Positions 1 to 11,680 of a stretch of DNA of 64,000 nt are shown here, in pieces. Location: NCBI GenBank assembly GCA_964016885.1, contig OZ024754.1:15190001-15254000 (forward strand). The letters are read 5' to 3'. Source of the DNA: Eledone cirrhosa (lineage: Eukaryota). Both the position numbers and the translations under genes were made by a program. The notes under the pieces were generated by a model, which was given only the letters and a program-made list of their open reading frames with translations, made no database searches and had not been told where the DNA came from. The stretch's first letter is position 1; every line of letters starts with the position of its first letter.

Positions 1-130
1 AGTCTATCGGAATATATGCAGGTGGGCACTTATAAATCATCATTGGATGCCCGACAATATCGATATAAAAGAACCCCTACCGATATTAACATTCAGCGAT
101 GGTACCCGTCAGTGTTAGAGTGATATATAT

Positions 131-640
131 AAATGGAAAAAATGAAACGAAATTTCATTTCTCACTCTTACTATGGATGTTACTTAAATATAAGTATGTA
201 TACGTACATATATATATGTATACAGACGTACAGTAGTATATATATATATATACATACATGCATATATATATGTACGTAAGGATTTACCGAACATTTATTA
301 TAATGCTCGGTTTGTTTGTAAACAAACAAACAGCCCGAATTAAGCGTATAGTGTTTAGCAACCATCGTTGCCCTTTTGTTCAACACTGACAAAGGAACGA
401 TGTACTACTTTCAAGCTTATTAGCTATCGTCAGCACCGTATACCTTCCAGGCCAGATGATTAAACGTCTGAAAGTATATACTTTCCTTATGCATATTAAC
501 GGCTGAGCAGCCTAATTTGCATATCGAGTGAGTTAATCGGCCGGGCGCACCGAAAACGATAAATGGAAAAAATGAAACGAAATTTCATTTCTGACTCTTA
601 GTACGGCTGTTACTTAAATATAAGTATGTATACGTACATA
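131..640 (-). mobile_element. Candidate retrozyme (non-coding ~430-bp tandem unit with minimal type I hammerhead ribozyme), copy 1
   Basis: AAATGGAAAAAATGAAACGAAATTTCATTTCT recurs at 131 and 561 (period 430). The unit holds an HHR at 397-439 and the octamer ATTTGCAT at 515-522. Homologous to 34123-34810 and 47123-47740. Confidence 0.75.
397..439 (-). ncRNA. Minimal type I hammerhead ribozyme
   Basis: Minus strand: acggug CUGACGA uagc uaauaa gcuu GAAA guag UA caucgu. 6-bp stem I and intact core; stem III palindrome carries one mutation relative to the 34619 copy. Confidence 0.75.
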
Positions 641-1048
641 CATATATGCTTTTCTTACTGCTTCCCCTCTCTCTGTATCTCTCACCTTCTTTTTACCCCA
701 TCTGCCAGTCACACACTCTCTCGGCTGGCCTCTTCCTCACACTTCCACTCACTCAGTCTCTGCTTCTCCCCCTCTCTCACTTCCTCCCGTTTGACCTATG
801 TGAAATCCTTTTCTCGCTCACATCTCACCCATGTCGGATGGTCTGTATCTCTCGTCCATGAATTTACCAAGCTTAAGCTTATAGATATCATGTACTTGTC
901 TCTTCCCATCTTTCCGTTGCAATACCATTAAGGTTGAAAGCAGCGATTCTTTGCTTAAACTTTAATCTATTATTTTAATAAATATATATATATAAATATA
1001 TATATATACATATATATATACATATATATATATAAATATATATATAAG

Positions 1049-1131
<83 letters not shown>

Positions 1132-1132
1132 T

Positions 1133-1500
1133 ATTTCTAAGGCGGGTAAAATTCCCGAGATCCATGGACGAGTTCTCTCCAGCGGTCTCTGTCCCTCATT
1201 ATCGCTGCCATGTCCTGCGTCTCAAACAGACCAGTGTCTGTCCTTAGGGCATCAACATACGTTAACCTTGGTCTTCCTCTTCTAGTGTGTCCATGTAGGG
1301 GCTCCCAAAGGAGCACTGAGTGCAATGTCAACTCTGGATGTCGGTGAGCATGTCCAGCTAACCTCAGTCTCCTCTGTGTCACTTTTGAGCTGACTTTTGG
1401 GATGCTCCGATACAGCTCTGAGTTTTTCATCCTCAGTGTATACTGATTAATGTTCAGAGCCATCCTCAACATTCTCGTGTAGCACCCATCCACCATTGTA
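1133..1500 (-). mobile_element. RTE-clade LINE 3' fragment
   Basis: ORF 1137-1529: RMLRMALNI...RRLRLAGHAHRHPE...[31 protein letters not shown], typical of the RTE C-terminus. Ends at a (TA)n tract. Confidence 0.8.
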
Positions 1501-1597
1501 GCACCCATCGTGTAGCACCCATCACCCATCCACCATTGAGATAGAGCGCCCGTGATGTTTGCTCTAGAGCAAACATCATGGGCGCTCTATCTCAAAA

Positions 1598-1641
1598 TTA
1601 TTTTTGAAAAGCATTAGAAATGCGCAACCGGTAAAAAATAA
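1598..1641 (+). ncRNA. Minimal HHR variant (U3-A8 core), degenerate, in a PLE terminal fragment
   Basis: uuauuu UUGAAAA gcau uagaa augc GcAA ccgg UA aaaaauaa, preceded by a 60-bp palindrome at 1536-1595. Confidence 0.55.
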
Positions 1642-1959
1642 AACCAAAACTGAATACTAACCAATACTATTACTAATTTTCACTTATTCCTAATTAAACT
1701 ATTTTTCACTGTGAACAATTTGTCAGCATTTTCTTTTCCGTTTACCAATATATATATATATATATTGTTATACTTGGGGAGGGTCATATTTGTGTAATAT
1801 TGCCAGAATTAATAACAGTACACACTCACTGTTTGGTTGGTTTTCGCTTTTCGCTTCTGTGTCTTTTATATCGGTAATTTAATTTATTCGGTCCTCAATG
1901 TTGCCATTGACTGACCAACGGTCAAAAACACAGATACAATATAGACACAAACACATATA

Positions 1960-2256
1960 TATAGTTTATCAAAGTTCTTTCGTTGCACATCTGCAACATC
2001 GTCAGTGGTGCTATTGTTTCCTCCTGCTGCATTGTATTTTCTACACCATCTTTATTTAGTCTGTTTATATATTTATTTATGTTTATTTTTTTTTGTCTTC
2101 TTTGCGCATGCGTTTGCGTGTGTGTATAGTGTTTTGTTTGATGTGTGTTCGTGATTGGGTGACTGTGTATTGGTTAATGTATTCTATCTTTACTAGTGTG
2201 TGTTTATATGTGTTTGTTGTTATTGTGCTTGTGTATGTATTTATTTATTTATCTAT

Positions 2257-2295
<39 letters not shown>

Positions 2296-5200
2296 CACTT
2301 CTCTTAGGTCAGTGTTGTTTGTTTGGGTGTTGTTATTCCATTCATTTTTTCTGTTTAGCCTTGGCCTTCTAAGTTCTATTTCACTGGCCTCTCTGATTTG
2401 CCTATCTGCTGGGTCATTTCTATGTTTAGATATTATTCTAATTTCTATGTTGTCTATGTTACCGTCGTGTTGTTGTCTGGCATGTTCTTATAGTACTGAA
2501 CCGTTTTTTCGTCCTTTTAGTTCCACCCAGTGTTGGTCTATCCTTTCACCTATACTACGAGCTGTCTCGCCTATGTATGTTGTTGTCATGTTTCTGCAAG
2601 TACCCTCTGTACATCTTATGCTATAGACTACGTTTCTAGTTTTACAGTTTATCTGGGAGTTTACCTTACATGTATTACAGTTCCTATTAGTACAGTGGGT
2701 TTTCTTAAAAGGGTAGGTTTTGCTGATCAGGGATTTTATGGTGGTTCCTGGCTTTTCTACCACCTTTATTTTTAAGTGGGTCTTTCTCAGGGCCTTTCTA
2801 CACTGTTTAGCTAATTTTCTTCCAGGGGTAGCGTCCACAAACATGACACTCTGGTATCTCTGGTTGTCGTAGCATGAGGTGGCTTTCCCTATCTTATGTC
2901 TAGCCCTATTTAAGCTATTCCATGATTTGCTCCTGTATAATGGGCAAATTCTTTTCATGTCCAGTTCTATGAGGGTCTTATACTTCTCCATGGCTCCTTC
3001 GTATACTCTGATTCTGTCTCTTTGGTTGTAGCCAGAGAACTGCATGCGGTTGATGAAGTGTTGGGTGTGTCTTTGCATTTCTGTTGGGTCGCACATGCGG
3101 GACACGTTCTTCATCACTCGTACCAAGTCTGCGATCAGAATATTAAAATTAGCACTTCTGGACATTGGTGAGTTTTTGAGTATCAGGTATTTGGAGGCCA
3201 TGGGTTTAGCATAGTGTGAGTGGAGAATTTGGGCTCTCTCGTCTATAGTGTTAATCCAGAGTTCCGTGTCTAATACAGGTAGTCTATTGTTAGGGTGTTT
3301 GTAAGGGTAGTCGATAGTTACAGTTATACTCTGGTGTATGGAATTAGCTATCTGCTGGATGCTTTCCATTGTGCTACGTTCTAAATCAAACTTGCTCTCT
3401 TGTGGAGATGTTCTTATAACTATATTGATATCGTCTACGTAACGAGAGTACATGATTAGGTCTATGGAGCTCTCATTAAGGAGATCTTTAAGTCTCCTTT
3501 CCCACCTACCATAAAAATGTTGGCAACGTCACCAGCTATGCTGACGCCAATGGCTGCTCCCTCATTTTGGGTGTAGATCTCGTTGAACTTGAATATGTGG
3601 CCCTTTAGGGTAGTTTTGATACTAGCCCCTATTGCATGTGCGACCATTTTTCTTACCTGATCTTTGTTTTGGGGTCCGTATAGCTTTGGTCCACCCAATC
3701 CACCTTCCCATGGGAGTCTTTTTAGCCATTGAGGTTATGGTGGGGGGTCTACCTCTTATGGGTCTACTGGGGCAGAAACGTCTAAGGTCATGGCTGTCTA
3801 GGTAGTCAGTGTCGTAGGTAAGTCTAAGTAGGCGGCCCAGTTCGTCTGTGTCGACGTCGCAGAACTCCACCTCACTCTCAATGATCATTTCCACACATTT
3901 TCCCACAGCAAAATCAATGTTAATGGATGGGTACTGTGATACCACATCCATGCTGCCTATTATGCAGTTGGATAGGTTCCTGTTTTTGTTGCACTCACTG
4001 ATTCTGCTGAGGAGGTCCTCTGTACTGTCACATACATCTGGGGAAATCTTGATTATGGGGCGTATAACCATTGAGAGGAAGTAGGAGATGCTGTAGTTGC
4101 TAGCTATATTTGCTCCGCATACAGGTCTCGTTGGTGGTCCTGTTGTCGGGTCGTCGACTGTCTTGTGGTCTTTGCGGAGCCCATACAAGGGTGGTATGCC
4201 ATTGTTAGACGCCTGCAAGTTGTTGGCAGTGCGTCTGCTTGGCTTTAGGATGTCGGTCCACATCATCATGTGAGTGTTAAGGATTTTCTCTCTCCCATCA
4301 TGTATTTGCTGTGCAATTTCGCTCGTGTTGGTGATGTGGGTTGCATAGCCTTGATGTAGTTCGGCATGCTATCTATTGACATCCTACCAGACTTATCCGT
4401 GGGTAGACATACTACCTCACCATCCCCTGTGCGCTGCTTGAGGCTAACCAAGCCTTCTACAGGTTTCCTCCCAAGTTGTTGGACCTCTGGTCTGCTCTGT
4501 CTCTTAGCAACCAGTCTACTATTTGTCTAATCTTATTTCTAGCTATGGTGAACTGTGCCTCTGTCTCGTCATCTATTTGTTGCGGTATGCAAACTCTTTT
4601 ATTAAAGGGTAACCTCGTAGGATAGATATTACCCATCTTATATGTTTTGTCAGCTGGGTTGAAGAATAGTTTCTCTAAGGGGTTGTCATTATATCTATCG
4701 TCATAGTTGTGTGTGTTGTTATTATTGTTATCATGGTGGTTGTTATTATTGTTATCATGGTGGTTGTTGTTGTTCCTATCATTAGCATTATTATTATTGT
4801 TATGATTGCTAGATGTATTGTTGCTGTGATTGTTAGATGTATTGTTGTTATGATTGCTAGATGTGTTGTTGCTGTGATTGTTAGATGTATTGTTGTTGTT
4901 TTCTTCACCGTTATTGTTGTTGTTACTGTTATTTCTACCATTGTGGTTGTTACTTTTATTATGTTTCTTGTTTTTGTTGTGTCTATCACTAATGTTGCTA
5001 CATGTATTATTTCTATTATTACCACTGTGGTTGTTATTCGTATTGTTACCGTTATTACTACTGTGGTCGCTGCTGCTGTGTCTGTAGTTAATGTTTCTAT
5101 TATTATTATTATTGTGTTGTTGTTGTTGTTCTGTCTATCGTTAATTTTATTACCATTATTACTATTTCTCACTCTCCTGCTATTGTTATTGTTATGACTA

Positions 5201-5870
5201 TTACTATTATAGCTGTTATTTCTATACTCAGAGTTATTGTTTATATTCCTACTACCGTTATTATTGTTGTTGTTGTCCGTATAGTTGTTGTTGTTGTTTA
5301 CTTTTGCATTCCAACGTATTTTTGTGAAACACTTTTCCAGCTCCATTTTGCACTCAATAGGGTTAATCTTTTTGTAGATGGCAAATTTTGGTGGTAGCTG
5401 CAGGATTTGTTGTTCTTGTTCACTGATTAAAGTGTTCCCATAAATATTTACTGTGTGGTCATTGGTAAATTCTTCCGGTAGTTTTACATCAGTCATACGG
5501 ATATTGTTGATGTTATCTGGGTATTTTTGAGAATATTCTATTTTTCTTTCCTCTAGTTTTTTTCTTATTCATCCATTCTAATTTCTTATTGAAATGCCTA
5601 TTGCATTCGTTTCGGGCGTATTTCGTTTCACGTCGGATGACGCTCAAGAAGTCATCCCTTTCGTTTGGTGTGGTGAGATTTCGGACTTCCTTACCGTTAT
5701 TGCGTTTCTGTCTGTAAAGTTCGTTGACTTTTGTGTATGTTGTTCTTTTCATATTAACTGTTATTGTGTGTTTTAGTCGTTCAGCTTGTGTTTTGTTCAA
5801 TAATAAATTATTTACTTGTTTTGATATGTTTGTTGTGTATATTTTGGAGGAAACTGTGTTTTAAGAAGCG
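1960..5870 (-). mobile_element. Penelope-like element, probably Naiad-type, degenerate (RT + GIY-YIG endonuclease)
   Basis: ORF pieces at 5513-5800, 4675-5496, 4266-4451, 3622-4269, 3462-3698 and 2488-3453. RT motifs KDHK..PTRPV, GSMDV.SQYPSI, QNEGAAIG, YSRYVDD, LPVLD. Linker CxxxxCxxC; GIY-YIG NVVYSIRC..YIGETARS. Frame continues past a TAA to ...LNRKNEW. Several frameshifts and stops. Clade call is from motif recollection. Confidence 0.85.
1962..2013 (-). ncRNA. HHR variant at the 3' end of the Naiad-like PLE
   Basis: Minus strand: uagcacca CUGACGA u GUUGCA gaug UGCAAC GAAA gaac UU ugauaaacua. Perfect 6-bp stem II with one extra U after the core; stem I is imperfect. Confidence 0.65.
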
Positions 5871-5932
5871 GATTTGTTCTGTTGTTATTGTAGTTTGTAT
5901 ATAACAGAAAACAATGTCTTTCAATAACACCT

Positions 5933-6137
5933 GTGAGAAAAACCACAGACCCTCCATCTCAACTCTACTTTTGAAAAGCAGAAGAACTGCGAAACCGGTA
6001 AAGGAACCAAATAAATATATATATATTTTTTAAAATATGACTCCAGTTGCATTTTCGATTTCATCTTTTTTTCTTTATACTTTCACTCGTGTAGGACACC
6101 TCGGTTATTTTTCATTTTGTAAAAAAAAAAACGTCAC

Positions 6138-6145
<8 letters not shown>
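5933..6145 (+). mobile_element. Solo terminal (pLTR/tail) fragment of the Neptune-like PLE family, with U3-A8 HHR at 5968-6003
   Basis: Near-identical to 62749-62957. Contains cuu UUGAAAA gcag aagaa cugc GAAA ccgg UA aag. Ends at (TA)n. Confidence 0.75.
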
Positions 6146-6220
<75 letters not shown>

Positions 6221-6222
<2 letters not shown>

Positions 6223-6424
6223 AGGAACCAGTAAGACCCCGACAGCTGAGCTCAAGCCGTTTCGACGGCTAATTCTGGACTTATTCAGTCCAGAATTAGC
6301 CGTCGAAACGGCTTGAGCTCAGCTGTCGGGGTCTTACTGGTTCCTATTACCCACTCTACTACCTCAAGTATTGAGTACTTTGGTGCGTTATGGTCCACCT
6401 GGTTCCTTACCACATTTCCTTCGT
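6221..6424 (+). mobile_element. Fold-back PLE-type terminal fragment in (TA)n
   Basis: Perfect ~60-bp inverted arms at 6221-6347 with loop TATTC. The right arm carries the HHR 3' half GAAA cggc..gcug UC gggg. Same family as 36590-37294 and related to 32265-32353. Confidence 0.7.
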
Positions 6425-6869
6425 TATATATATATATATATATATATGCGTGTGTGTGTGTGTATCATGACAGTCCAAGGTGAAAGAGCAGTCAGTACGC
6501 ATGATTCTTGTTAGGGCCGCCGAGACGTGTGGAGTTGGGAGAGTCAGTTAACCTGTGTTCGAAAACATGGTCTAAATGTTTGCAACGAAGCAGTACCCGG
6601 AAAAGGCGCCTAGGCCTTTGTTTTTTAGACAAATATTCTTTCTTTACTATGCATATATATATAGAAACACGGGTTTGAACTCCACCTCAAACCCAACCCC
6701 AACTGAGAGGAAACAATTTAAACTGAAAACTCTCATACACAGAATATAGACATAAATATTGTATGAACATTGCTTGTGGGTTTTTTCATCATCAACAACG
6801 GCAACAATTAAATTCTCACACTTACACTTACAGCGGACATAAACTAGAAGATTTTATTATTATCCATAG

Positions 6870-7080
6870 CCGTGCGAGCGTCGAACGAACTCTTAACAGC
6901 ATTTGCTTCGGTTCTTTCCAATCTGAGTTCAAATCCCACCGAGGTCAACTTTACCTTTCATTCTTCCAAGATCGCTAAAATAAAGTACCAGTAAAGAAGA
7001 ACTGGGTTTGATTAAATCGACTTTCTCCTTCTCTTGAAACTGCTGGCCTTGTGTCAGACAGTAGACACAATATTATTTTA
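6870..7080 (+). mobile_element. tRNA-head SINE, diverged copy
   Basis: GAGTTCAAATCCC B-box, ctttcattcttcc..aaataaagtaccagt core and gctggccttgtg tail. Confidence 0.7.
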
Positions 7081-9133
7081 GTAGTTGTGGGAGGCGCAAA
7101 CTTGCGCAATCCCAACCAGGTCCATACACGACAACCTCCACCTGATGCGATACATCATAGAGAGGGTAGGGTATAAACCTGGCTTCCATGGGGCTCTGAT
7201 CAATTTAGATCAATCGAAAGCATTCGATAGGGTCGACCATCGGTACCTGGAGGCTGTCCTCAAGGCGGCTGGCTTCGGCCCCGTCTTCAGAAGCTGGATC
7301 GCTGGAATGCACAGCGGCATCTGCTCGGTGGTCAAAGTTAATGGCCACCTCTCGGAACCGTTTCAGATCTCCCGACCGGTCCGTCAATGGTGCCCTCCCC
7401 CTTCCCTTCTGTACGTATTGATTCTCGAGCCTTTACTGCGGAAGCTGGAGCTGTTGCAGGGCATCCCGCTCGAACCGGGACGTGGAAGGGCTGTGTCGGC
7501 TTATGCGGACGACATCACCGTGATGGTGTCGGACACCTCAGAAATCGAGGTGGTCGGCAACTTATAGGAGAAATATGAAAGGTTGACGGGAGCAAAACTT
7601 AACACGGAAAAGTCAGTGGGATTGCAACTCTGCACCTGGAGAGGCAAGTCCATGCCGTCCAACAGCGTCGTAGGGCGCTGGACGGACGGACCGGTAAAGT
7701 TGCTCGGGGTTTGGTTCGGGCCAGACCTCCCGGTGGATAAGAATTAGGACGAGGTGACGGGCAGGGTAGCCAGTCTCACCCAGAAATGGGCTGCGAGGAA
7801 GCTATCACTGAAAGGTCGGGCGGAGGTGTCAAACGCGTACATCGCGCCCGTCATCTACTACCGCCTGGCCGTCCTCCCTTGCCCCCGTTCGCGCCTCGCC
7901 AACTTGGAACGGCTCCTCTTCAAATTCTTGTGGAAGGGTCGGGTTCCGTTAGTGAGGCGGTCCATCTGCTGCCAGCACCCTCTACGTGAAGGGCTGGGCA
8001 TGCTGTGGCTAATGATGCGCAGACACGCACTGAGACTACGGCATCTCCAGATATTCTGCCTAAACGGTGAACAGGTGTGGTCACCGTTTGTCAGACGAGC
8101 CTTTCCGCAGCTCGTCTCTTTGATTGAGCTGCAGTCCTGGGTCAAGAAGAGACCGAAACTGGGTGACTGGCATCTGGAATATTGCCAGGCACTCACTGCC
8201 CTCTACCAGACGGGCAATGCGGTCAGTGGAACTTCCACTCTCGAGTTCTATAGTGGATTAGTGGTGGGCAAGTGCGACGACGCACTCGGAGAGGCTCTGG
8301 GCCTCGACGAAGTCGAAATAAGCAGTCTGTTCCGGAGGACTTTCGAGCCGGGGACGAGGGATAATTTCCCAAAATCCCTAGCTTGGCAGTGCTACCGGGA
8401 GGCACTGCCGGTTCGAGATAAACTCTACAGGCACGGAAGTGCTGTCAGACGGACCTGCCCGAGATGCGCGCAGAACGACGAAACCGTTCTGCACGCACTC
8501 GTCCAGTGTCCGTGCATTACTGACTGTGGAGTTATGTCGAACAGCTGTTGTCGCGTGTAGAACGGATCCGGCTATCGGCCGAGTCCATAGTGAAGATCGA
8601 CCCGCCGCCTTCTTTTGGCCAGGAAGGGCAGGCAATTTTCCTCTGGTGGCAGTAGTGAAAAAGGTTGTATAGTGGATTAGGTTGAAAGCACTGAAGACAG
8701 ACACTTTTCTCTTCGGCCAATCCCTCATCGACTTTTTCAAGTTTCACTTGGAAAGGAAGGTGAGGGTGGAGAGAGAAGTGCTTCCCCCCAGTACATTTGC
8801 TGAAAGGTGGGTGAATGTGGCGAGAATGGCCCGTGTGAGTGGGCCTACTCTGATCATGCGCCTGTAGGTCGGTAAATTTGAGGAGGAGAAAAGTACCCTT
8901 CCCGGGTGCTCTCGAAGCGTCGGGTCGTTCATGATTGGTGGAGTACCTGAGTGAACCCTGGGTGGTCATCCCCCCTATTGGGGAATTTTTCTTGATGTAT
9001 TTTTCTTGTTATTTTGTTATTGTTATTTATATTGTTTTTACACGTTTTATATATATGTATATATAAACCCCCACTGTCCCAGTCTTTTGTATTGTCCCCT
9101 ATATGTCGGCCCTTGTGGCCAATAAAGAAACCA
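7081..9133 (+). mobile_element. Tx1/L1-clade LINE, 5'-truncated and degenerate
   Basis: ORFs 7085-7567 (LDQSKAFDRV, AYADD), 7754-8560 and 8682-8867 match ORF2 at 12100-15531, with stops and frameshifts. The 3' end is gccAATAAAgaaaccattatt. Confidence 0.9.
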
Positions 9134-9721
9134 TTATTTTAGAAGTAGTATTAGTATTAGAAGAAGAAGAAGAAGAAGAAAGCAAAGAAGAAGAAAGCAA
9201 AGAAGAAGAAGAAGAAGAAAGCAAAGAAGAAGAAGAAAAAGAAGAAGAAGAAGAATGAAGCTAGTGTGGTGGTGTGGTCGTGCTGGTTGTAGGTTTGCAA
9301 GTCGTGGTGGTGGTGTTATTCGCACCTCGCTGGAGAAATCGGTCGTAAAATATTTTAGTATGACTCAACACGATTATTCACTGAAATTGTAAATGCACTT
9401 GCCAGTTGAGACCCCCCCCCCCCCCAACACACACACATACCAAGATTTCATCAACCAAACTATGGTACTATAGCATTATGGCTGCATTCATTTGAAATAA
9501 TAAACCAGTCAAAATGGTTGAAATAAAAGTATTTCCTACATTTTAATAGGCACGAAGAGTTTTATATATAAAAGTCCAGTTGGAAATATATGTGCGGTTT
9601 CACCTTACTCTGTCGATGTTTTACTCGCCTCTCACCATATGCCCCCCCCCCTCTATATATATATGCTTTCCTCTTATTTATAAGTACACCTTATCCAGCA
9701 AATACACAGCCCCTGTTTCTT

Positions 9722-9765
<44 letters not shown>

Positions 9766-9873
9766 TTAGTTAAGCAAAACAAGACCACAAACTTCACAAG
9801 GAAGACATTATTAAAAGATTGTCAACATAGTTTTAGTTTAATGTAAGGAATGTAAAGAATAATAATAATAATA

Positions 9874-10405
9874 ATGATTTCTTTATTGGCCACAAGGGCT
9901 GACATCAAGAAAAACATTACAGACGGCACAGGACGGTACGATGTGGGTTTTGTGCGTGTAAAGATTTTTATTATTTATATAAGAAAAGAAAAAAAAAAGA
10001 ACATAGAAACATATATATATAGTTCTCCATAACTTACATTAAACAATAAAAATGAAAATTGAAACAATGAAAAATTCCCCAATAGGGGGGAAACCTCCGA
10101 GGGTTACTCGTGGCGAAAACCACACAAAAGACCACGGCCACCCTGACCACCAAGGCAAGCACCCTCTCTCAATTTTTCCATTTCTCAAACTACAGAAGTA
10201 TATTCAGAGCGGTCCCGTCCACTCGGACCATTCTCCCTACATTCACCCACCTTTCAATAAACTTGCTAGAAGGCAGCACTTGCCTCCTCTCCACCCTGAT
10301 CTTCCTCTTCAAGTGAAACTTGAAAAAGTTAATTAGGGATTCGCCGAAGAGGAAAGTGTCTGTCTTTAACCCTTTTAACCTTGTCCACCACACAATCTCT
10401 TTCAC
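9874..10405 (-). mobile_element. Tx1-clade LINE 3' fragment ending in (ATT)n
   Basis: ORF 10190-10405 (KEIVWWTRLKGLKTDTFL..ERW) matches the ORF2 C-terminus. The 3' end aataaagaaatc abuts (ATT)n. Confidence 0.85.
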
Positions 10406-10950
10406 TTTATTTTATCGTCCCCGTAAGGATAAACGGCATAGTTAACTTCGGCGGGATTTGAACACAGAACGTAAAGGGGCATAACTCTATGCTGCAATGC
10501 ATGGTGTCTGACACTCTACCGATCCACTTCATCAAATATTTTTTTCTACTTCAGGCACAAAGCCAGCAATTTGAAGGGGGAGGTAAAGTCGATTAGATCG
10601 ACCCCAGTGCATTACTGGTGCTTTATTTTATCGATCTCGTAAGGCAAAGTTGACCTCAGGGTCAATTGAACATTGAACGTAAAGGGCCATAACTCTATGC
10701 TTCAAAGCATGGCGTCCGACACTCTACCGATGCTGCCAATCCAACCCCCTTAATCAAGTAATTGTTTCTACTTTTGGCACAAGGCCAGCAATTGCCCAGT
10801 GTATTACTGGTACTTTATTTTATCGACCCCGTAAGGATGAAAGGCAAAGTTAACCTCGGCGGGATTTGAACTCAGAATGGCAAGGACTGTAACTCTATGC
10901 TAGAAAGCATGGCGTCCGACCCTCTACCGATACTACCAATCCACGCCCCT
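10405..10950 (-). mobile_element. Three adjacent tRNA-head SINE copies
   Basis: Repeated ggcacaaggccagcaatt..tactggtactttattttatcgaccccgtaaggatgaaaggcaaagt..cctcggcgggatttgaactc..ctctaccgatactgccaat at ~10405, ~10545 and ~10760. Confidence 0.85.
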
Positions 10951-11286
10951 TTATCAAGTAATACAATTCAGTCACCTCAGTATGCATAGTTCTGTGTACG
11001 AGTGGCCAATTAAAACTAAAATAATTATCGCTTTAGCCAAGATTGCGATTTTGGACTGGTTTTCAACTGTCAATCTTCAGTTTTCTATAGATTATATATT
11101 TGATTCTGTAGAACTTTCAACTCAATCACGAACAGTATTTAATTGATATTTACCTGGGAGAAGGATAGGAATGTGAGGCGGAGAGAAATATTAGTAAATA
11201 CTCCTGGGTATCAAACAATTCTAAAGAATTATTAATAATAAGCATCGGAGGGAGATATAAAGGGAAACAAGCAAAACGAAAGACAA

Positions 11287-11329
<43 letters not shown>

Positions 11330-11586
11330 CACACGCTCACACATATACAGACACACACGCACACTCACACACACTCACACACACACACACATTCTTTCCC
11401 CCACTTTTTCACACACACAGCTGATTGACTAGAGAAATAATATTATAGAGGGAGATATAAAGGGAAACAAGCAAAATGAAAGACAAACACACACACACAC
11501 ACACTCACATACGAACACACACACACACACACATTCTATTGTGTGTGTGTGTGTAATATTATAGATACAGAAAGAAAAATAGAAAT

Positions 11587-11680
<94 letters not shown>

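Noticed and set aside
2488-4451. Selenoprotein-type Naiad (in-frame UGA as Sec)
   Set aside because: The breaks I examined are TAA/TAG or frameshifts, and the conserved cysteines are ordinary Cys codons.
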